Of a DNA stretch of 60,921 nt, positions 55,835-60,921 are shown piece by piece; position 1 is the first letter of the stretch, and every line of letters begins with the position of its first letter. The stretch spans positions 1 through 60,921 of the IMG/VR virus record IMGVR_UViG_3300044491_001212; one strand, written 5' to 3'. Both the position numbers and the translations under genes were made by a program. Below the pieces are notes generated by a model. It saw nothing but the letters and a program-made list of their open reading frames with translations. It searched no databases and was not told where the DNA came from. Source of the stretch: a virus. Its lineage: Duplodnaviria; Caudoviricetes.

Positions 55835-56293
55835 TCATACAAGTGTACCATGTGATCTTCTAATCTCTCTTAGAACTTCTAAATCCATATTCTTAGTTCC
55901 TCCGTCATATGCATGAGCATATCCTTCAGTAATCATTTGTTCGTTGAGGGACACATCCGAGTCCCCAACGTATAACCACCCAAGAAGACGACCATATTTA
56001 CCGACCCCACCAACAAGTTCAGTCCTAACAGACAACTCATCATCACCAGCGATAGTACTCTCCAGTTTCTCTTTGAGCCAGTTGGTTGCGTCGATTCCAA
56101 GTGCCTTTTCCTCTAGGTTTTTAGTACGTTTCTCTGGAGTATCTACTCCAGCAACTCTCACTCTTTCTTTCTTATAGAGATCAAACCCTAGATCTATTGT
56201 TACATCAATGGTGTCTCCATCAACTACTCTGTCAATGTTCGTGACTCGGAAGTTGTAACAACTTTTCCGACTTGGTGGTGTCATTGGTGCCAT
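55835..56293 (-). CDS. thermonuclease (SNase-like)
   Basis: RVVDGDTID...RVAGVDTPE...GKYGRLLG...N.QMITEGYA. Confidence 0.9.
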   Translation of the reverse strand: MAPMTPPSRKSCYNFRVTNIDRVVDGDTIDVTIDLGFDLYKKERVRVAGVDTPEKRTKNLEEKALGIDATNWLKEKLESTIAGDDELSVRTELVGGVGKYGRLLGWLYVGDSDVSLNEQMITEGYAHAYDGGTKNMDLEVLREIRRSHGTLV

Positions 56294-56429
56294 GTTCTAA
56301 CTCATAGAAGGCGGTTCTCATTATGTATAAAATGTAGTAACCAACTCCTATTAGGAGAATAAGGATACACCAGATAACACTCCAAACTGGATCGTTGAAG
56401 TTCTCATGAGTTCTTAGTATTAAATTCAT
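56232..56429 (-). CDS. small membrane protein
   Basis: NDPVWSVIWCILILLIGVGYYILYI. Confidence 0.65.
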   Translation of the reverse strand: MNLILRTHENFNDPVWSVIWCILILLIGVGYYILYIMRTAFYELEHGTNDTTKSEKLLQLPSHEH

Positions 56430-56566
56430 TTGTGTCCCTTAGTGAAGGGTTCCCAGTGTTGCCATCCATGTTCATGAATTAGTTGCATTCCTATCACTGG
56501 TACAACTATCAGGGCATAACAAAGACCTCCTAAAAAGAGGCCATTATTCATTAGTGAAGAGATCAT
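56426..56566 (-). CDS. 46-aa membrane protein (not in the ORF track)
   Basis: MISSLMNNGLFLGGLCYALIVVPVIGMQLIHEHGWQHWEPFTKGHK; ATGA-coupled to the next gene. Confidence 0.65.
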   Translation of the reverse strand: MISSLMNNGLFLGGLCYALIVVPVIGMQLIHEHGWQHWEPFTKGHK

Positions 56567-56633
56567 AATTCTCTTAAAACTCTCTTACTATATTAGATAC
56601 AAAGAGAGTTTAAAACAACTATTTGTCAGGGTT

Positions 56634-56759
56634 TTAAAGTAGAATTGCACCAATCAAAAGACCCTTGGCAAATGATAACCAAAGGAGTTGATAATCAGTC
56701 AAGTTGAGTCGGTCTTGTACCTCTCTGATTTTTCTTTTGTGCCACTGTTTGATTTTCAT
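56634..56759 (-). CDS. 41-aa membrane protein (not in the ORF track)
   Basis: MKIKQWHKRKIREVQDRLNLTDYQLLWLSFAKGLLIGAILL. Confidence 0.6.
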   Translation of the reverse strand: MKIKQWHKRKIREVQDRLNLTDYQLLWLSFAKGLLIGAILL

Positions 56760-57318
56760 TGTTCTTTAGTACGGGTTTAGGTTCAGGTTGAGGTGGAGCT
56801 GGTGATTGAACAATCACGATGTCTGCACATATACCTGCGTATGGGCTATCAGGATGGAAACGAACTCCCATTCTCATAGCTTCTCCACATTTTAACATAC
56901 GAACTAGTTCAAAGTCAAGTCTAGCTTTATCTGCCTCTGCTTGTTGTCTGGCTATTTCTGTTCTGGCTCTTTCTTTACAGAGTTCAACAGCACCACCATC
57001 AAGAGGAACACTCACTCCTAATGTGATACCAAGGTTACGATTACCTGTAACGTATGCTTCTGGATCCCAGTTGTAATTATTGTTTCCTGTAGCAAAGGTG
57101 GACACACTCATTGTTGGTCCTTGACAGACAACACCTGATCCATAAGATGTTGTTGAATATGGTCCCTGCAACACCTGCACGGCTTGGTTGGTGACGTTGC
57201 CAGTAGCAGATGCTGAGGGTCCAGCTATGTTTGTATTCTGAGGAGCTTCCGCCAGTGCTTTACTGGGTAAACACACTGATGCTAGTAGTATAACTCTCAG
57301 TAGTCGTTGTCCTATCAA
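56695..57318 (-). CDS. secreted protein with an amphipathic beta hairpin and helical C-terminus
   Basis: Signal peptide ending ALA; GPTMSVST...NLGITLGVSVPLDG; four Cys. Confidence 0.7.
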   Translation of the reverse strand: MIGQRLLRVILLASVCLPSKALAEAPQNTNIAGPSASATGNVTNQAVQVLQGPYSTTSYGSGVVCQGPTMSVSTFATGNNNYNWDPEAYVTGNRNLGITLGVSVPLDGGAVELCKERARTEIARQQAEADKARLDFELVRMLKCGEAMRMGVRFHPDSPYAGICADIVIVQSPAPPQPEPKPVLKNNENQTVAQKKNQRGTRPTQLD

Positions 57319-57625
57319 TTTGAGTCTCCGTTGCTATACCTGGACCAAGAAATGTTTCACTGAACTGGAACGGAGCTCCAGGATCAATTTGTGTATAGTT
57401 GGTATCTGGTGTAGGGTTTGTTGGAATGTTTATATTAGTTCCACTCACGGTATAGGATGTACCAGTTGTGTATTCAATTTGTCGAATAGTTTCGACTATG
57501 GTTTGTGAGCTTGTGGTTTCAGAAGTTACTGTACCTCTGGTGAAGTTTGGAACTACACTGGCTGTATGTCCTGGAAGTTCAAAAAGAACTCCCACCAGCA
57601 AAGCCAGTGAGAGTTTTTTTATCAT
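57260..57625 (-). CDS. secreted Thr-rich beta protein (paralogue of 57622..58125)
   Basis: Signal peptide; GTSYTVSGTNI and GAPFQFSE motifs. Confidence 0.75.
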   Translation of the reverse strand: MIKKLSLALLVGVLFELPGHTASVVPNFTRGTVTSETTSSQTIVETIRQIEYTTGTSYTVSGTNINIPTNPTPDTNYTQIDPGAPFQFSETFLGPGIATETQIDRTTTTESYTTSISVFTQ

Positions 57626-58125
57626 TGGAATACAGTTAGCTCCAAAGTACGTTGACCAACAGCTGTAGTACCAGTTCCACCAGCGGTCACTGTAGGAACA
57701 CTAGTAGCTGATAGAGCACCAGCAAGATCTCCTGCTGTACCTCCAGCGCTGGTAGTTGATGAACCGTAGATGTTGGCATCAGCAAATCTTCCATTAGTAG
57801 AAAGATCATTTTGTCCGGCTGTAATTACAGTGTCTCCAGTGAATGAAGACTCTGAGAAAGCAAATGGTTCACCTGCAGAGGCTACATCATAATCTCCTGC
57901 GGTAATTGTAGATGGTGCTGTTGCTGATCCAGAAGTCAAACCACCCAGTGTCGTTACTGAAATATTAGAACCCGATACGGTATAGCTAGATCCAATTCTT
58001 GTAGAATGAATAGCTGGACCTTCAACTGTTAGTTGAACTGAATCGGTAATTCTAGAAGTTATTTCTGATGCACTTACTGGTGATACAAGAAATAAAGCAG
58101 AAGTTAAAAGAAGAAGTTTCTTCAT
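57622..58125 (-). CDS. secreted Ser/Thr/Gly-rich beta protein
   Basis: Signal peptide; GSSYTVSGSNI and GEPFAFSE motifs; SD AAGGT. Confidence 0.78.
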   Translation of the reverse strand: MKKLLLLTSALFLVSPVSASEITSRITDSVQLTVEGPAIHSTRIGSSYTVSGSNISVTTLGGLTSGSATAPSTITAGDYDVASAGEPFAFSESSFTGDTVITAGQNDLSTNGRFADANIYGSSTTSAGGTAGDLAGALSATSVPTVTAGGTGTTAVGQRTLELTVFQ

Positions 58126-58203
58126 TTTCTTACCTTATTAGTGCTACTCTATTTAGAAATATTAAAATCCTCTGAGAATATATACATTAGTCTCAAAAAT
58201 CTC

Positions 58204-58443
58204 ATGCAAAAACTTATCAATGTATTATCAGTTGTATCCTTCGCTGTTGCTGCGGGTATTGTAGCAGGTGGTACATATGTTTACTTAGAGAAAGATAACC
58301 TAATTGAGTCAGTAAAAGAAAACATTACTAAGGAAATTGAAGGAATTGTTGGCAACGCCTTGGTTGATGGGTTAAATAGTGGTGTACCGGAAGTTCCTGG
58401 TGTGGAATCAGGAGGTACAGATTTACCTTCCCTTCCATTCTAA
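58204..58443 (+). CDS. membrane-anchored hypothetical protein
   Basis: MQKLINVLSVVSFAVAAGIVAGGTYVY. Confidence 0.7.
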   Translation: MQKLINVLSVVSFAVAAGIVAGGTYVYLEKDNLIESVKENITKEIEGIVGNALVDGLNSGVPEVPGVESGGTDLPSLPF

Positions 58444-58446
58444 TAT

Positions 58447-58713
58447 ATGACTGAGAAACAAGTATCTGACTTTTCTATTAAACGTGATGAGTGTTCTGTG
58501 TGTGGGGCAATATGGTTAAATGGCCAACACACATGGAGCACAGGTCAACGAGGTGATGAGGAAACTCTAAGTAACCTTGTCTGTGGTATCAAAGACGACC
58601 CAAAGTGTATCAACTCGAAACACAAAGTAGGTCATGTCTATGGTGAAAAAGATACTTGGGAAAAGAGAAGTAAGTTTGTTAAACAAAAATTGAAGGAGAT
58701 TGACGATGCCTAG
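58447..58713 (+). CDS. Cys-containing hypothetical protein (possible Zn-binding)
   Basis: CSVCGAIWLNGQH.W.TG...LVC...CIN. Confidence 0.7.
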   Translation: MTEKQVSDFSIKRDECSVCGAIWLNGQHTWSTGQRGDEETLSNLVCGIKDDPKCINSKHKVGHVYGEKDTWEKRSKFVKQKLKEIDDA

Positions 58714-58861
58714 AGGACAAGTGACTAAGTATGAGCTTGAGTCTCATCTTTATAAATTGAAAGATGAGCTATCAAAGAGAACAATTATGTGTGAGTCTAA
58801 AGGTCTAGCCAATGAGTATCTCAATAAGGTACTAGATAAACTTCAAGAGTTTAGATACTAA
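58706..58861 (+). CDS. 51-aa hypothetical protein (not in the ORF track)
   Basis: SD AAGGAG; MPRGQVTK...LANEYLNKVLDKLQEFRY. Confidence 0.65.
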   Translation: MPRGQVTKYELESHLYKLKDELSKRTIMCESKGLANEYLNKVLDKLQEFRY

Positions 58862-59059
58862 AGCTAAGCCCAACCTTTATCGGTAACAAACCTATTCTAA
58901 TAAAAAACAATACTCTTGTTAAGTCCCAGTTCCCAAAGTGGCCACTGACTTAACAGGGGTTTTCTTTTTGGGTTATAATAATTGGGTAAACAAAACTTTA
59001 CATAAATAAACCAGTTACTTGTGTTGGTTTCACAACATAAGTGTTTATACTCACTCCCC

Positions 59060-59160
59060 TCAAACCAAGACCTATAGGGAGTTTAAAAACGTCTTTCATA
59101 CCTGTATCTAAGGGTGATACAGGAATAGTAAAACCATCATTTCCCTGATGATCTTACTTT
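59060..59160 (+). ncRNA. PhotoRC-II-type structured leader of psbA; boundaries approximate
   Basis: AAGACCTATAGGG...CGTCTT stem, CCTGTATC-TAAGGGT-GATACAGG hairpin and CATCA-TTTCCC-TGATG hairpin in the psbA 5' UTR. Confidence 0.75.
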
Positions 59161-59172
59161 TAGTACATTACA

Positions 59173-60249
59173 ATGGCAACACTTTCAAGACAACAATCCC
59201 AATCTACATGGAATAATTTCTGTGATTGGGTAACCTCCACCAACAATCGTCTCTATGTCGGTTGGTTCGGTGTACTGATGATCCCAACTCTGTTGGCGGC
59301 TACCATCTGTTTCATTATTGCATTCGTAGGTGCTCCCCCTGTGGACATCGACGGCATCCGTGAACCCGTTGCTGGTTCACTCATGTACGGAAACAACATC
59401 ATCTCTGGTGCAGTTGTTCCTTCCTCAAATGCAATTGGTCTACATTTCTACCCCATCTGGGAAGCAGCCTCACTCGATGAGTGGCTTTACAATGGTGGTC
59501 CTTTCCAACTCGTAGTCTTCCACTTCCTTATCGGCATCTACGCTTATATGGGACGTGAGTGGGAACTCTCTTATCGTTTGGGTATGAGACCCTGGATCTG
59601 TGTGGCATATTCCGCACCTGTAGCTGCAGCGAGTGCAGTATTCCTGGTCTATCCTTTTGGTCAAGGTTCTTTCTCTGACGCGATGCCCTTGGGTATCTCT
59701 GGCACATTCAACTACATGTTGGTCTTCCAAGCAGAACATAACATCCTGATGCACCCCTTCCACATGTTGGGAGTCGCTGGTGTCTTCGGTGGTTCACTCT
59801 TCTCGGCAATGCATGGTTCACTGGTTACTTCTTCTTTGGTTCGTGAAACCACAGAGCAAGAGTCACAGAACTATGGTTATAAGTTCGGACAAGAGGAAGA
59901 GACCTATAACATCGTTGCAGCTCATGGCTACTTCGGTCGTTTGATCTTCCAATACGCTTCTTTCAACAACTCTAGAAGTCTTCACTTCTTTCTCGCCGCA
60001 TGGCCAGTAGTTGGCATCTGGTTCACCGCACTTGGTGTTTCCACAATGGCCTTCAACTTAAACGGCTTTAACTTCAACCAGTCTATTGTTGATAGTCAGT
60101 CCCGTGTTCTTAACACCTGGGCAGACGTTCTGAACAGAGCTGGTCTCGGGATGGAGGTAATGCACGAAAGAAACGCACACAATTTCCCCCTGGATTTGGC
60201 AGCAGTTGAGTCTACACCTGTAGCACTCACCGCTCCTTCCATCGGTTGA
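59173..60249 (+). CDS. psbA: photosystem II D1 protein
   Basis: [14 protein letters not shown]...[13 protein letters not shown]; uninterrupted. Confidence 0.99.
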   Translation: MATLSRQQSQSTWNNFCDWVTSTNNRLYVGWFGVLMIPTLLAATICFIIAFVGAPPVDIDGIREPVAGSLMYGNNIISGAVVPSSNAIGLHFYPIWEAASLDEWLYNGGPFQLVVFHFLIGIYAYMGREWELSYRLGMRPWICVAYSAPVAAASAVFLVYPFGQGSFSDAMPLGISGTFNYMLVFQAEHNILMHPFHMLGVAGVFGGSLFSAMHGSLVTSSLVRETTEQESQNYGYKFGQEEETYNIVAAHGYFGRLIFQYASFNNSRSLHFFLAAWPVVGIWFTALGVSTMAFNLNGFNFNQSIVDSQSRVLNTWADVLNRAGLGMEVMHERNAHNFPLDLAAVESTPVALTAPSIG

Positions 60250-60274
60250 TTTAACACACAATAAGTGTTACAAT

Positions 60275-60299
60275 AAGAGGGGCTTCGGTCCCTCTTTTT
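60275..60299 (+). terminator. intrinsic terminator
   Basis: AAGAGGGGC-TTCG-GTCCCTCTT followed by Ts. Confidence 0.85.
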
Positions 60300-60326
60300 C
60301 TTTATTCTTTAATGTGAAGTTTTATT

Positions 60327-60533
60327 ATGATTGAACTCTTAACTTATTACGTGATCGGTGGAGCCCTATTAGTCGGAGCTCCTGCTGTGTTTTTCCTCAT
60401 TGCTTTTATGCCAGCCCTTCAGAATACGAAAGGTCGTATGGTTGGATATAAAGATCACAAAACATACGGTGACATCTCTTCTTATGAGAACTCGTCCACT
60501 GATCAAACAAAATTCTTTTTAGAATTAAACTAA
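60327..60533 (+). CDS. small membrane protein between psbA and psbD
   Basis: TM helix, then FMPALQNTKGRMVGY. Confidence 0.7.
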   Translation: MIELLTYYVIGGALLVGAPAVFFLIAFMPALQNTKGRMVGYKDHKTYGDISSYENSSTDQTKFFLELN

Positions 60534-60548
60534 TCCATACTCAAAACA

Positions 60549-60921
60549 ATGACAACATCCACACTTTCACCTCCCACTAGGGGGTGGTTCGATCTTTTAG
60601 ACGATTGGCTCAAACGCGACAGATTTGTATTCATAGGATGGTCCGGTGTTCTTCTTCTACCTACTGCTTACCTTGCAATTGGGGGCTGGCTTACTGGCAC
60701 AACTTTCGTTACGAGCTGGTATACCCATGGACTCGCTAGTTCCTATCTTGAGGGTGCTAACTTTCTTACGGCAGCTGTTAGTACTCCAGCTGATGCTATG
60801 GGTCATTCTCTTCTTCTTCTCTGGGGTCCTGAGGCTCAGGGGGATTTCGTCCGCTGGGTCCAACTTGGGGGACTCTGGAATTTTGTGGCACTCCACGGAG
60901 CATTTGCCCTCATTGGTTTCA
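60549..60921 (+). CDS. psbD: photosystem II D2 protein, 3' partial (not in the ORF track)
   Basis: [33 protein letters not shown]...[25 protein letters not shown]. Confidence 0.98.
   Translation, partial: MTTSTLSPPTRGWFDLLDDWLKRDRFVFIGWSGVLLLPTAYLAIGGWLTGTTFVTSWYTHGLASSYLEGANFLTAAVSTPADAMGHSLLLLWGPEAQGDFVRWVQLGGLWNFVALHGAFALIGF

Noticed and set aside
55700-55838. Small minus-strand ORF after the thermonuclease
   Set aside because: Two competing short frames exist and neither has supporting motifs.
59173-60249. Group I intron or homing endonuclease at psbA
   Set aside because: D1 is uninterrupted and no endonuclease ORF follows it.
1-60921. CRISPR array, IS element, integrase or rRNA
   Set aside because: No regularly spaced repeats, transposase or integrase motifs, or rRNA-like sequence were seen by eye. 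The only tandem repeat found lies within a coding linker.

Overview
This window is part of a T4-like marine cyanomyovirus genome (probable host Synechococcus or Prochlorococcus) and is coded almost entirely on the + strand. In order it contains: (1) a VWA/AAA(CobS-like) pair and the T4 replication module (gp45, gp44, gp62, regA, hsp20, gp43, uvsX, gp41, mazG), interspersed with purC, purS and 2OG-Fe(II) oxygenases. The gp43 DNA polymerase is split into two genes separated by four small ORFs. (2) A late-promoter block of probable virion-internal proteins, including two PD-(D/E)XK-like nuclease candidates, next to a DNA methyltransferase and a sigma70-family factor behind an early-type promoter. 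(3) Primase, nrdA, nrdB, nrdA.1 and a lysozyme. (4) Five tRNAs, with an HNH endonuclease gene inserted between a tRNA-Asn 5' fragment and an intact tRNA-Asn. (5) A ~16.5 kb nucleotide-sugar/glycosyltransferase island with an ADP-heptose-like pathway and nadE. (6) A porin-like gene, hli genes, and a minus-strand operon of three secreted proteins, two of them paralogous (candidate surface-filament system). (7) psbA with a PhotoRC-II-type leader and the start of psbD. All calls come from reading motifs by eye; no database searches were run.
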